Below, in pieces: positions 18,656-28,850 of a stretch of DNA of 64,000 nucleotides. Position 1 is the stretch's first letter. Each line of letters opens with the position of its first letter. The notes beneath the pieces were generated by a model. It had not been told where the DNA came from and did not search any database. It worked only from the letters and a program-made list of their open reading frames with translations. Where the stretch lies: assembly GCA_963675855.1 (NCBI GenBank), contig OY776633.1, forward strand, positions 96,901 through 160,900, written 5' to 3'. Position numbers and translations under genes: made by a program. The DNA comes from Christensenellaceae bacterium. Its GTDB lineage: Bacteria; Bacillota; Clostridia; Christensenellales; CAG-138.

Positions 18656-21598
18656 CTACAGTTTCCCCGTCATCGAGACGGTGGTAAACGTCCGCAGCGT
18701 GTGCTGCAGCCGCTCGCGCTTAAGAAGCGGGAGCATGTTGCGCACGATTTCTTTTCGCGTAACGCCCGTGAACTCCATGAGCATCTCCGACGCTTCGCGC
18801 ACGGACGGGCTTTCGTCGAACACGACCCTTATCGTGTCTTCGCCTGTCAGCGTGATGCGCATCAGCCGTGAAAACGGCGTTTCGATGAAATGCGCGGCGA
18901 TGTTTAAAGAGAGCATGCCCGCGTCGTCGGTCCCGGCCTGAACCGCAAACCGCGCCTCGAACACATCCCCCCTCTGCGTCAGCGTCGCCGGGGTATAGCT
19001 GTTTTCGGCCAGCATAAACCGGTGCCTGTTCTCCCCCTCCACCAGTTCTACGGCAAGCGCGCCGCCCTCCCCGCGCGAAAACGCGAGCCGGCTCAGGCCG
19101 GATGTAAAGTTATTGTGCACGCTCTGCAGCAGAAACGGGAATATGCCGCCGATATTTTTTTCAAACGAGTAAACGCGTCCCTCCAGCTTCGAAACGAACG
19201 TCTCCAGCGGCACGTCACCCTTTGACGGATCGAAAAACGGCTTGCGGCGGCGCACGCTCAGAACGTCCCGCGCCACGGCCAGCGCCTCCTCCCCGCTCGG
19301 GTCGCGCGGCAGCAGCTCGCTTTCCTCGCGGTCGAGCGCCGCGGTCACGTAGTCGAGCACGCCGCCCTGCGCAAAGAGGCGCGGCGTACCGGAAAAGAGC
19401 ACCACCAGCGCGTTTTTATCCGGCAGCGCGAGCATATACTGCCCGAACGCGCCGTTGAACAGAAACGCCCCTTTGCGCGCGGTCATCCAGATCTGGTGTC
19501 CGTAGCCGTAGGTAATCTCCCCGTTCGGCGTGGCAATCTGCGGTTTTGTCGCCTCTTTGATCCAGCGCTCCGACAGGAGGCGGACGTCGCCGCCGGGCGC
19601 GTGCCAAACGCCTTTGTTCAGGTAGAGCTGCCCGATCTTGGCGACGCTCTCCGGCGTCAGCGATAGCCCCCAGCCTCCCTTTTCGGTGCCGTTTGGGCAG
19701 GTTTCCCAGTAATGTTCCTCGATACCGAGCGGATTGTAAAGCCGCGGTTCGAGATAGCGCGTAAGCGTATCGCCGGTCTTTCTGCGCACAATGGCCGCGA
19801 GCATATAGGTATTCATGGAGTTGTAATCGAACGCGCTGCCCGGTTCGAATTTCGTATACGCGTGCAGAAATTCCCGCTCCCAGTCCGCGCCCATCGCCGA
19901 TCCCGCTTCGTTAAAGTGAGAGCCCGTGCTCATATTCAGCAGCATGCGCACGCTCATGCGCCGGGCGGGGTGCGCCTCGCCAGGCGGCGCTTTTTCAAAA
20001 AAGATATCACAGAGCCGTTCGTTCAGATCAAGCGATCCTTCGTCGACCAGCATGCCGATCGCGGTCGCGGTAACGCTTTTACTGAGCGAGTAAAGCTGGT
20101 GCGGCCGGCTGCAATCGTATGGCGCCCATGCCGCCTCGGCGATCACCTTTCCGTTTTTCAGCACCATGATCTCATGCGCGCAGGCGTCTTCGTCCGCCTG
20201 CATGGTATCCAGCAGCGCGGCGACGGCGCGCGAGGGGACGCCTTCCCGCTCCGGCGTGCTGCGCGCCAGGGGCAACCTGTCCCGCTTTAATCCAAAGGCG
20301 GGCTTTTGCGGGCTGTGGCCGTAAGCGTACAGATGCTGCGTATCCTGCGTCAAAAACCTCCATACCATGTCCATCGCGCGCTTTTCGAGCGTGAGATCGA
20401 TCTTGTCCATCTCCCTGCGGAAAATCCCGCGCTTCCGGCGCAGCATCGCCCGCTCCGTACCCGCAAGCGCTTCGTAACGCGCGTTAACCTTTTGCATCAC
20501 CGCGTCCCAGGATACCGGCGATACGGCGCGCGCGTTTTCGCTCAACCGCGCCATGCATCCGGGATCTTTCAGATACCCGGCGATCGCATCCGCCATGCTC
20601 TGGGGCGTGTCCCGGCAGATCAGCCCGTTGACGCCGTCCTGGATAAATCCGCCCGGCGCGCCGCTTTCGACGGCCAGCGAGGGCGTTCCCTGTAGCGCCG
20701 CCTCGCGCGCGGCGAGTCCCGTGCCGGCGCCCTGCATAGGGCAGAGGCAAAGAGCGCTCTCCGCGTAGAGGCCGCCGAGAAGCGCTTCGTCCGTGATCCG
20801 GCCGAGAAAACGAACCGTACCGGCCAGGCCCAATTCTCTTACGGTTACGCGCGCGTTTCTTTCGTCCGGCCCTCCTCCGGCGATAAGCAGCTGAAAGCGC
20901 ACGCCCCGGCGGCGCAGCAACGCGGCCGCCTCAAAGATGCGCGGCAGGTTCTTCTGCTTATCAAGGCCGCCGGTAAAGAGCAGCGCCGGATCCGCCGTAA
21001 GGTGAAATTCCTCCCGCGCGCGGCGGCGCGCCGTTTCGGACGCCGCCTCCAGCCCGGTGCCGTTACCAAACACCTCCACGTTGCCGTGAAAGCCGCGTTC
21101 GTAGAGGAACGCCTTCGCCTCCTCGTTTGCGGTCCAGATTTCGTCGCATCTGCTGAAAAAATCGAACGCAAACGCCCTGCCGAGCTGGCTCTGCCTCTCG
21201 TCCTCGTTTTCCTGCAGGAATTCGCGGATATATTTTGTGTGAAACGTGCCGATCAGCGGCGCGCGGGATTTCTCCGCCAGGCGCAGCGCTTCCATGCCGG
21301 ACGAGCCGGGACCGTGCGCATGGACGATGTCGAACACGTGTGCGTTGGCGCGGGCAAGATAATGCACGTCCAGCGAAGCCAGCGCGGCCTTCGCCTGCAA
21401 CCCGCCGGGAACGGGCAGCGCGAGATAGTCCAGTATTTCAAACGGATACTTCCCGCGGTACCCCTGGGTAACCATAGGCGTGATCACGTATATCTCTTGC
21501 CCCAGCGCGCTCAGTCCGCGCGCATAAGCGTTCACGATGCGGCTGATTCCGTCGTAAACAGGCAGAAACGAATCGGTGCACTGCGCGATTTTCAACAT
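18656..21598 (-). CDS. GT4 glycosyltransferase fused to a beta-lactamase-fold (class C-like) serine hydrolase
   Basis: N-part: TDSFLP..DG, IVHAH, GTFHTKY, G.LDKQKN, F.GRI, REAA..GTP. C-part: SxxK (YSLSKS), LLNMSTG, PG..FDYNS, PLGI, GWGL, YG.QIW, FNGAFGQ. Confidence 0.85.
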   Translation of the reverse strand: MLKIAQCTDSFLPVYDGISRIVNAYARGLSALGQEIYVITPMVTQGYRGKYPFEILDYLALPVPGGLQAKAALASLDVHYLARANAHVFDIVHAHGPGSSGMEALRLAEKSRAPLIGTFHTKYIREFLQENEDERQSQLGRAFAFDFFSRCDEIWTANEEAKAFLYERGFHGNVEVFGNGTGLEAASETARRRAREEFHLTADPALLFTGGLDKQKNLPRIFEAAALLRRRGVRFQLLIAGGGPDERNARVTVRELGLAGTVRFLGRITDEALLGGLYAESALCLCPMQGAGTGLAAREAALQGTPSLAVESGAPGGFIQDGVNGLICRDTPQSMADAIAGYLKDPGCMARLSENARAVSPVSWDAVMQKVNARYEALAGTERAMLRRKRGIFRREMDKIDLTLEKRAMDMVWRFLTQDTQHLYAYGHSPQKPAFGLKRDRLPLARSTPEREGVPSRAVAALLDTMQADEDACAHEIMVLKNGKVIAEAAWAPYDCSRPHQLYSLSKSVTATAIGMLVDEGSLDLNERLCDIFFEKAPPGEAHPARRMSVRMLLNMSTGSHFNEAGSAMGADWEREFLHAYTKFEPGSAFDYNSMNTYMLAAIVRRKTGDTLTRYLEPRLYNPLGIEEHYWETCPNGTEKGGWGLSLTPESVAKIGQLYLNKGVWHAPGGDVRLLSERWIKEATKPQIATPNGEITYGYGHQIWMTARKGAFLFNGAFGQYMLALPDKNALVVLFSGTPRLFAQGGVLDYVTAALDREESELLPRDPSGEEALAVARDVLSVRRRKPFFDPSKGDVPLETFVSKLEGRVYSFEKNIGGIFPFLLQSVHNNFTSGLSRLAFSRGEGGALAVELVEGENRHRFMLAENSYTPATLTQRGDVFEARFAVQAGTDDAGMLSLNIAAHFIETPFSRLMRITLTGEDTIRVVFDESPSVREASEMLMEFTGVTRKEIVRNMLPLLKRERLQHTLRTFTTVSMTGKL

Positions 21599-21830
21599 GC
21601 TAAAAATCCTCCGACACTATTTTAACACAGCGTCTGCGCGTACGCCATCGCAGACATTTTTCGAAGGCTTTGTAATATATGGCCGCACATTTGACTAATC
21701 AATTTCACGTCGTGTTAACATCAGTTCCATCATACAGTGTTGATTTATTTTCGACGATAGTTTATATTGAAACCATCCGTATAATTCGCGCCGCTTCGGC
21801 GCCGGAATTTCGAAAATGGAGGTAGAACCG

Positions 21831-22397
21831 TTGGAGAGTAAAAAGATGGATCGCCGCGTTCGGAAAACCCGCTCGCACCTGCGCACGGGGCTGACGCAGC
21901 TCATGCGCGAAAAACCGATCAAGGACATCACCGTGCGCGAATTAGCGCAGCTGGTAGATATCAACCGCTGCACGTTTTACCTGCATTACCGCGATATCTA
22001 CGACATGGTGGATCAAGTGGAACAGGAGGTCATCGGAGAGTTTGAGCAACTTGTCGACTCGCACCCCGCCCAGGAACTGCTTGATAAGCCACTCGCTCTT
22101 TTGACGGATCTCTTCGAGTTTTTTTCCGCCAACGCGGATCTGTGCTCCGCGCTGCTCGGCGGCAACGGGGATATGGCGTTTTTCAACAAGCTCATCTTCA
22201 TCGTTCGCGAGCGCGTGATCGAATACTGGCATCTAGAGCAAAAGAAGGATCCCGAGCAGTACGATTACTACTTCGCCTTTCTCGCCGCGGGGTTTATCGG
22301 CGTCATCCGGGAATGGTACGCGCGCGGCATGCGCGAGCTTCCCTCTCATATGGCGGCCATGTCCGAACAGCTGATTCTTTACGGCTTTCGCGGATAA
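21831..22397 (+). CDS. TetR/AcrR family transcriptional regulator
   Basis: DRRVRKT..L, ITVRELA...DINRCTFYLHY HTH; TTG 21831 behind GGAGG (alternative ATG 21846). Confidence 0.9.
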   Translation: MESKKMDRRVRKTRSHLRTGLTQLMREKPIKDITVRELAQLVDINRCTFYLHYRDIYDMVDQVEQEVIGEFEQLVDSHPAQELLDKPLALLTDLFEFFSANADLCSALLGGNGDMAFFNKLIFIVRERVIEYWHLEQKKDPEQYDYYFAFLAAGFIGVIREWYARGMRELPSHMAAMSEQLILYGFRG

Positions 22398-22489
22398 CGC
22401 GGCTCTATGTTTACGCCGGGTTCATGATACGGCGTTATGCTGAATAGAAATCGATCTTAATCAAATAGAAAGAGACAGAACAACATAAC

Positions 22490-24346
22490 ATGACAGAACA
22501 TACGCCATCCAAAAAACCGATCTACTACTATGCCCTGCTGGCGATGGTCGCGCTGCTGCTGCTCAACGCATTCGTGTTTCCCGCGCTGACGCAGCAGGAG
22601 GTAACGGAGGTCGGGTACAACGAGTTTCTGGCCATGGTGGACGAAGGAAAGGTGGACGAAGTCGCGCGCGATGAAACCACGCAGACCATCACGTTTACCA
22701 GCGAACAAAACGGCGAAACGCTGTATTACAAGACCGGCATCTGGCCGGACGACACGCTCGTCTCCCGCCTGAGCGACGCGGGCGTGACATTCACCGCAAA
22801 CATCCCGACGCAGACGTCCCCGCTGACGAGCTTTCTGGTCGGCTGGCTGCTGCCGATCGCCATCTTCATCGCGCTCGGCCAGTTTTTGATGAAGCGCATG
22901 CAAAAAGGCATGCCCGGCGGCATCGGCAACGCGCTGTCTTTCGGCAAGGCCAACGCAAAGATCTACGTCGAAGCACAGACGGGCAAGACCTTCGGCGACG
23001 TCGCCGGGCAGGACGAGGCCAAGGACGCGCTGCTCGAAATCGTCGACTTTCTGCATAATCCCGACCGGTACGCCGGTATCGGCGCGAAGCTGCCCAAGGG
23101 CGCGCTGCTCGTAGGCCCTCCGGGCACGGGTAAAACGCTGCTGGCAAAGGCCGTCGCGGGCGAGGCGAACGTCCCGTTTTTCAGCATTTCCGGTTCGGCG
23201 TTTGTCGAGATGTTCGTCGGCATGGGCGCGGCGAAGGTGCGCGACCTCTTCTCCCAGGCGGAGCAAAAGGCGCCCTGCATCGTGTTCATCGACGAAATCG
23301 ACACCATCGGCAAACGGCGCGACATGGCACTCGGCGGCAACGACGAGCGCGAGCAGACGCTCAACCAGCTGCTCACGGAGATGGACGGCTTCGACGCGCG
23401 AAAAGGCGTCGTCATCCTCGCGGCAACGAACCGCCCCGACTCGCTCGACCCCGCGCTGCTGCGCCCCGGCCGGTTCGACCGGCGCATCCATGTAGAACTG
23501 CCCGATCTAAAGGGCCGCACGGACGTGCTGAAGGTGCACGCACGCGGCATTAAGATCGCCGAAAACGTGGACTTCGAAGCCATCGCCCGCGCGACGAGCG
23601 GCGCGTCCGGCGCGGACCTGGCCAACATCCTCAACGAAGCCGCTCTGCGCGCCGTGCGCATGAAGCGCGACATCGTCGAGCAGGCGGATCTTGAGGACAG
23701 CGTGGAGGTCGTCATCGCAGGCTACGCGCGCAAGAACGCCGTCATCACGCCCAAGGAGAAGCGCATCGTCGCCTACCACGAAATCGGGCACGCGCTGGTC
23801 GCCGCCACGCAGACGGAGAGCGCGCCAGTGCACAAGATCACCATCGTGCCGCGCACGAGCGGCGCGCTGGGCTACACCATGCAGGTGGACGAGGTGGAAC
23901 GCTTCCTCATGACCAAGGAAGAGGCGGAAAACAAGATCGCGACCCTCACCGGCGGCAGGGCCGCGGAGGAGGTCGTGTTCGGTTCCGTCACAACGGGCGC
24001 GAGCAACGACATCGAACAGGCGACGCGCATCGCCCGCGCGATGGTCGTGCGCTACGGCATGAGCGACAAATTCGGCATGGTCGCGCTGGAGTGCCAGAGC
24101 AATCCGTACATCAGCAGCGAAGGCGCCATGACCTGTTCTTCGGACACCGCGGCGCGCGTCGACGCGGAAGTCATCGCCATCGTCGAACAGGCGCACAAGC
24201 GGGCAAAGCAGATTCTGAAAGAACACGAACCCGCGCTGCACAAGCTCGCCGCGCACCTTCTGGAGCGCGAAACCATCACCGGCGAGGAGTTCATGCGGCT
24301 GTTGAAGGAGTTTTCAGCCGAGCAGCCGGCCGCCGCAGGCGCATAG
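22490..24346 (+). CDS. ftsH: ATP-dependent zinc metalloprotease FtsH (probably a secondary paralog)
   Basis: Two N-terminal TM helices, [34 protein letters not shown]. Confidence 0.95.
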   Translation: MTEHTPSKKPIYYYALLAMVALLLLNAFVFPALTQQEVTEVGYNEFLAMVDEGKVDEVARDETTQTITFTSEQNGETLYYKTGIWPDDTLVSRLSDAGVTFTANIPTQTSPLTSFLVGWLLPIAIFIALGQFLMKRMQKGMPGGIGNALSFGKANAKIYVEAQTGKTFGDVAGQDEAKDALLEIVDFLHNPDRYAGIGAKLPKGALLVGPPGTGKTLLAKAVAGEANVPFFSISGSAFVEMFVGMGAAKVRDLFSQAEQKAPCIVFIDEIDTIGKRRDMALGGNDEREQTLNQLLTEMDGFDARKGVVILAATNRPDSLDPALLRPGRFDRRIHVELPDLKGRTDVLKVHARGIKIAENVDFEAIARATSGASGADLANILNEAALRAVRMKRDIVEQADLEDSVEVVIAGYARKNAVITPKEKRIVAYHEIGHALVAATQTESAPVHKITIVPRTSGALGYTMQVDEVERFLMTKEEAENKIATLTGGRAAEEVVFGSVTTGASNDIEQATRIARAMVVRYGMSDKFGMVALECQSNPYISSEGAMTCSSDTAARVDAEVIAIVEQAHKRAKQILKEHEPALHKLAAHLLERETITGEEFMRLLKEFSAEQPAAAGA

Positions 24347-24360
24347 CATAACTTCCGATC

Positions 24361-24387
24361 AAGGCGGGGTGAGGCCCCGCCTTTTTT
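24361..24387 (+). terminator. Terminator after ftsH
   Basis: AAGGCGGGG-TGAGG-CCCCGCC followed by TTTTTT. Confidence 0.85.
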
Positions 24388-24426
24388 ATAAAAATGTGAA
24401 CATATTGTGGAAGCGGACCCATGCGC

Positions 24427-24485
24427 TTGAAAACGCGCAAAAAGTGTATTATTCTAGATTAGCACTCGTTTAAAGCGAGTGCTAA
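24427..24485 (+). promoter_or_regulatory. sigmaA promoter followed by a perfect CIRCE (HrcA operator)
   Basis: TTGAAA(24427)-17 nt-TATTCT, then TTAGCACTC-N9-GAGTGCTAA at 24459-24485. Confidence 0.95.
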
Positions 24486-24523
24486 CGACGAATCGGAAAA
24501 TTCGATACGGAGGCGCACCATTC

Positions 24524-26404
24524 ATGGCAAAAAAACAATTCAAGGCGGAATCGCGGCGCATTCTCGACCTGATGATCGACAGCATTTACACGCATAAAGA
24601 GATCTTTCTGCGCGAACTCATCAGCAACGCCAGCGACGCGATCGATAAGCTCTACTTCATCTCGCTGACCGACGACAAGGTGGGAAAGAACCGCGAGGAC
24701 TTCGAAATCCGCATCGCGGCGGACAAGGATAACCGCGTCCTGACCGTCTCCGACAACGGCATCGGCATGACGAAAGACGAGTTGGACGCAAACCTCGGCA
24801 CCATCGCCAAGAGCGGCACGCTCGCGTTTAAAAAGGAACACGACACCGGCGACGCGGTGGACATCATCGGCCAGTTCGGCGTCGGCTTCTATTCCGCGTT
24901 TATGGTCGCGGACAACGTCAAGGTGCTCTCGCGCGCTTACGGCAGCGACGAAGCCTGGCTCTGGGAGAGCGCGGGCCGGGACGGCTACACCCTCACGGCG
25001 GCGGAAAAACCGGACTGCGGCACCGTCATCACGCTCGCCGTCAAGCAGAACACGGACGATGAAAACTACGACCGGTTTTTGAGCCAGCACTCGATCTCCT
25101 CGCTCGTTAAGCAGTACTCGGACTATATCCGCTACCCCATCCGCATGCAGATGCAGCATACGCGCCCCAAAAACGGCGAGCCGGGCGACACGGAGACCGT
25201 CACCGAGGACGAAACGCTCAACAGCCAGATCCCCCTCTGGAAGAAAGCCAAAAAGGAAATCAAGCCGGAGGAATACAACGAGTTTTACAAAAGCAAGTTC
25301 CACGACTTCGAGGATCCGCTGTTGACCATCCACTTCAGCGGCGAGGGCGCGGTCAACTACGACGCGCTACTGTATATCCCGAAGAACCCGCCGTACGATT
25401 TTTACGCCAAGGAATTCCAGCGCGGGCTGCAGCTTTACTCCAGCGGCGTGATGATCATGGAGAAAAATGCGGATCTGCTGCCGGACTATTTCGGCTTTGT
25501 CAGCGGTCTCGTTGACAGCAGCGATCTATCGCTTAATATCTCGCGCGAGCTGTTACAGCACGACCGGCAGCTCAAGACCATCGCGGTGACGCTCAAAAAG
25601 CGGATCAAGAGCGAATTGAAAAAACTCATGGACAACGACCGCGAGAAATACGAGGCGTTTTATAAGAGCTTCCGCCTGCCGGTCAAATACGGCCTGTACA
25701 GCGACTACGGCATGAACAAGGATTTCCTCTCCGACCTCGTGCTCTACCACAGCGCGGCAGAAAACAAACTCGTCTCGCTGAAAGAGTACGTCGACGCGAT
25801 GAAGGAAGACCAGAAGCATATCTACTACGCCTGCGCCGAGACGAATGAACGCGCCATGAAGCTGCCGCAGACCGAGCGCGTGCGCGAGCAGGGCTACGAC
25901 ATCCTCTGCATGACGGACGACGTGGACGAGTTCGCCGTGCGCATGCTCGCGGCTTATATGGAAAAGACGTTCAAGTCCGTTTCGGACGCGGACCTCAACC
26001 TCATCTCCGACGAGGAAAAGCGGGCGCAGGAGCGCGCGCAGGAAGAGCACAAGGACATCCTCGCCGCGCTCAAAGAAGCGCTTTCCGGGAAGGTAAAGGA
26101 CGTGCGTTTAAGCGACCGGCTGAAAAGCTCCCCCGTCTGCCTGACCAGCGACGGCCCGCTCTCCATCGAGATGGAAAAGGTGCTTTCCAGCATGCCGGCG
26201 TCCGACGGATCGGTCAAGGCCGAGCGCGTGCTGGAGATCAACCCGGCACATCCGGTGTTTACTGCTCTGTCAAACATCCCCGCGGACGACGCGAGGATCG
26301 GCAAATACGCAAACCTCCTCTACGACCAGGCGCTGCTGATTGAGGGGCTGCCCGTCGAGGACCCCGTTGCGTTTTCAAACGCCGTCTGTGAACTGATGGT
26401 ATAG
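24524..26404 (+). CDS. htpG: Chaperone HtpG (Hsp90)
   Basis: IYTHKEIFLRELISNASDA, DNGIGMT, IGQFGVGFYSAF, LNISRE; ATG behind GGAGG. Confidence 0.97.
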   Translation: MAKKQFKAESRRILDLMIDSIYTHKEIFLRELISNASDAIDKLYFISLTDDKVGKNREDFEIRIAADKDNRVLTVSDNGIGMTKDELDANLGTIAKSGTLAFKKEHDTGDAVDIIGQFGVGFYSAFMVADNVKVLSRAYGSDEAWLWESAGRDGYTLTAAEKPDCGTVITLAVKQNTDDENYDRFLSQHSISSLVKQYSDYIRYPIRMQMQHTRPKNGEPGDTETVTEDETLNSQIPLWKKAKKEIKPEEYNEFYKSKFHDFEDPLLTIHFSGEGAVNYDALLYIPKNPPYDFYAKEFQRGLQLYSSGVMIMEKNADLLPDYFGFVSGLVDSSDLSLNISRELLQHDRQLKTIAVTLKKRIKSELKKLMDNDREKYEAFYKSFRLPVKYGLYSDYGMNKDFLSDLVLYHSAAENKLVSLKEYVDAMKEDQKHIYYACAETNERAMKLPQTERVREQGYDILCMTDDVDEFAVRMLAAYMEKTFKSVSDADLNLISDEEKRAQERAQEEHKDILAALKEALSGKVKDVRLSDRLKSSPVCLTSDGPLSIEMEKVLSSMPASDGSVKAERVLEINPAHPVFTALSNIPADDARIGKYANLLYDQALLIEGLPVEDPVAFSNAVCELMV

Positions 26405-26416
26405 AAGTATCGACGC

Positions 26417-26448
26417 AAAAAACGGCGGGCCGTACGGCCCGCCGTTTT
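26417..26448 (+). terminator. Terminator after htpG
   Basis: AAAACGGCGGGCC-GTAC-GGCCCGCCGTTTT. Confidence 0.85.
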
Positions 26449-26516
26449 GTTTGTAAGAACGTTCAAAAGACGATAATCCTTGCTTTGCATTTTACAAACG
26501 GATAAAATAATTATGT

Positions 26517-26954
26517 ATGGCCATGATCGATGAAATCCGGCGCGCAACGAATACCGGCGTCCAAAAAGACCCGCGCCATCTCTCTCCGCTGGCGCTCGCG
26601 CAGATCGGCGACACCGTTTGCGATCTTTACGCGCGCGTCTACCTCAACGACCAGTTCGCACGCTCGCCGCGCGAGCTGCACCTCGCCGCGAGCAAATATG
26701 TCTGCGCGGCGGGGCAGGCCGCGGCGTACCGCAGGATAGAGCCTGCGCTGACCGAGGAGGAGGCCGCCGTATTCCGCCGCGGGCGCAACGCCCACAGCGG
26801 CATCGTTCCTAAAAACGCCTCCGCCGCGGACTACCACGCGGCCACGGGGCTTGAGGCGCTGATCGGCTGGCTGTTTTTAAGCGGCGCGGACGAACGGCTG
26901 AACGAGCTGATGGCGCGCTACTTCCAGCCGGATTACGAGCACCCCCAAGCATAG
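26517..26954 (+). CDS. mrnC: Mini-ribonuclease III
   Basis: LALA.IGD, V.A..QA, RRGRNA, Y..ATGLEALIG.L; conserved position before rlmB. Confidence 0.9.
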   Translation: MAMIDEIRRATNTGVQKDPRHLSPLALAQIGDTVCDLYARVYLNDQFARSPRELHLAASKYVCAAGQAAAYRRIEPALTEEEAAVFRRGRNAHSGIVPKNASAADYHAATGLEALIGWLFLSGADERLNELMARYFQPDYEHPQA

Positions 26955-27001
26955 TCAACGACGATTTTTTCACTATTTATATCGAAACGAGGAAATTTCC
27001 C

Positions 27002-28189
27002 ATGGCACAGAAACAATACGGCTCCGGTCGGGACGACCGTGGCAAAGGTTCTTCTTCCCGCTCGGGCGGCGGGCAAAAGGGCGGTTATACGAAGTCCTAC
27101 AATGACAAATCCGAAGGCGGTTATAAAAAGTCTTACGGAAACAAAGCCGAAGGCGGATACAAAAAATCGTACGGCGATAAATCCGAGGGCGGCTATCAAA
27201 AATCCTACGGCGACAAGCCCGAGGGCAGATATAAAAAGCCCTACGGCGACAAACCCGAGGGCAGATATAAAAAGCCCTACGGCGACAAGCCGTACGAGAA
27301 AAAACCCTACGGAAAAAAGCCGTACGAAAAGAAATCTTACGATAAAAAAGCTCCTTACGCCGATCGGCGTTCGGAAGAATTCAAATCCCGCGACCGCCTC
27401 CCCGAAGACGATCGCGGCGCCCGCGAACCGGACGAACTGCCGTTTTTGATCCTCGGGCGCAACGCCGTCAAGGAGGCGATCAAGAGCGGGCGCAGCATCG
27501 ACCGCGTCGAGGTCGTCGGCGATCCCGACGGCTCGCTGCGCGAAATCCTCGGCCTCGCGCGCGATCGAAAGCTCGTCGTCCGCGAAGTGGAAAGAAAGCA
27601 TCTCGACGAAATCTGCCTGCCCTTCGGCCACGGCGGCAAGCCCGGCAACCACCAGGGCATCGTGGCGTATGCGGCGGGCGTGGAATACTGCGCCGTTTCG
27701 GACATCCTCGCGCTGGCAAAAGAAAAGGGCGAAGATCCGTTCGTCGTCGTGCTCGACGGCATCATGGATCCGCATAACCTCGGCTCCATCATCCGCAGCG
27801 CGGAGTGCGCGGGCGCGCACGGCGTGGTGATCGGCAAGCGCAGGAGCGCGTCCGTCACCGCGGCGACCGTCAAGGCCAGCGCGGGCGCGACGGAGCACGT
27901 GAGGATCGCGCGCGTGGTCAACATCCCCGCCGCGCTGGACGAACTCAAGCGCGCGAAGCTCTGGGTCGCGGGCGCGGACATGACGGGCCAACCCATGGGC
28001 AAGCAGGGGCTCAACGGCCCTCTCGCGCTGGTCATCGGCGGCGAAGGCGCGGGGCTGAGCAAGCTCGTTTCAGAAAAATGCGATTTTCTCGTCGCCATCC
28101 CACTCTTCGGCAAGATCGCCTCGCTCAACGCGGGCGTAGCCGCCGGCGTGCTCATGTTTGAGAAAAAGCGTCAGGACGGCGCTGAATGA
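27002..28189 (+). CDS. rlmB: 23S rRNA (Gm2251) methyltransferase with an N-terminal low-complexity repeat extension
   Basis: GRNAV.EA, NHQG, LDGIMDPHNLGSIIRSA, KASAGA, IGGEG.G, SLNAGVA SPOUT motifs. Confidence 0.93.
   Translation: MAQKQYGSGRDDRGKGSSSRSGGGQKGGYTKSYNDKSEGGYKKSYGNKAEGGYKKSYGDKSEGGYQKSYGDKPEGRYKKPYGDKPEGRYKKPYGDKPYEKKPYGKKPYEKKSYDKKAPYADRRSEEFKSRDRLPEDDRGAREPDELPFLILGRNAVKEAIKSGRSIDRVEVVGDPDGSLREILGLARDRKLVVREVERKHLDEICLPFGHGGKPGNHQGIVAYAAGVEYCAVSDILALAKEKGEDPFVVVLDGIMDPHNLGSIIRSAECAGAHGVVIGKRRSASVTAATVKASAGATEHVRIARVVNIPAALDELKRAKLWVAGADMTGQPMGKQGLNGPLALVIGGEGAGLSKLVSEKCDFLVAIPLFGKIASLNAGVAAGVLMFEKKRQDGAE
27092..27350 (+). repeat. Imperfect 36-bp coding tandem repeat, K(S/P)YGDK(P/S)EG(G/R)YK, about 5 full and 3 shortened copies
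   Basis: For example CCTACGGCGACAA.CCCGAGGGCAGATATAAAAAG repeats at 36-nt spacing; visible in the translation. Confidence 0.9.
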
Positions 28190-28800
28190 CCAGTTACGAA
28201 ACGTTCTCCGACGAAGAACTCCTGCGCCGCCACCGCGAAGGCGACGCGCGCGCAGAGGAAGCGCTCTACGCGCGCTACAAGCAGGTCGTGCGCAGCAAGG
28301 CGCGCACGTATTTTCTTGTCGGCGCGGATCGCGAGGACATCATACAGGAGGGTATGATCGGGCTTTACAAGGCGGTCATGGACTACCAGTTCGACAGGCA
28401 GGCGTCTTTTCGCGCGTTCGCGGAGCTTTGCGTCACACGCCAGATCATCACCGCCATCAAGGGCGCGACGCGCAAGAAGCATATCCCGTTGAACACGTAT
28501 ATCTCCTTCAACCGCTCCGTACGCGAAGGCGACGGCGAACGCCCGCTCATCGATGTGCTCACCAGCACGCGCATCACCGACCCGGAGGAGGTGCTCATCG
28601 GCCGGGAGAACTACGCGGCGGTGGCGGACAGCATCGAAAATTCGTTGAGCAAGCTCGAACGCGACACGCTTGCGCTGTATCTGAAAGGGTACTCCTACCA
28701 GCAGATCGCCGAGGCGCTGGACATCTCGGCTAAGAGCGTGGACAACGCCATTCAGCGGGTGAAGAAAAAGCTGGAAGCGCGATTAAAATCGATGAAATGA
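28186..28800 (+). CDS. sigH: RNA polymerase sigma factor SigH
   Basis: YFLVGADREDIIQEGMIGLYKA, RKKHIPLN.Y.S, SYQ.IA..L....KSVDNA.QRVK.K; ATGA overlap with rlmB. Confidence 0.95.
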   Translation: MTSYETFSDEELLRRHREGDARAEEALYARYKQVVRSKARTYFLVGADREDIIQEGMIGLYKAVMDYQFDRQASFRAFAELCVTRQIITAIKGATRKKHIPLNTYISFNRSVREGDGERPLIDVLTSTRITDPEEVLIGRENYAAVADSIENSLSKLERDTLALYLKGYSYQQIAEALDISAKSVDNAIQRVKKKLEARLKSMK

Positions 28801-28808
28801 ATCATACA

Positions 28809-28838
28809 AAAACAGGATGGCGAATGCCATCCCGTTTT
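28809..28838. terminator. Bidirectional terminator between sigH and the M23-like gene
   Basis: AAAACAGGATGGC-GAAT-GCCATCCCGTTTT. Confidence 0.75.
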
Positions 28839-28850
28839 ATTGCCGAAGCA

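Noticed and set aside
18656-20300. Calling the serine hydrolase domain an antibiotic-resistance beta-lactamase
   Set aside because: No signal peptide and no KTG motif; the SxxK fold is shared by many esterases and amidases.
21600-21830. Possible TetR operator between the divergent genes
   Set aside because: Only short, imperfect inverted repeats (AATCAA...TTGATT); no convincing site could be defined.
26456-26464. GAACGTTC as a LexA box
   Set aside because: It lacks the 4-nt spacer of the Firmicute GAAC-N4-GTTC consensus.
27092-27350. 36-bp periodic repeat as a possible CRISPR array
   Set aside because: No unique spacers, in-frame coding repeat inside rlmB, and no cas genes.
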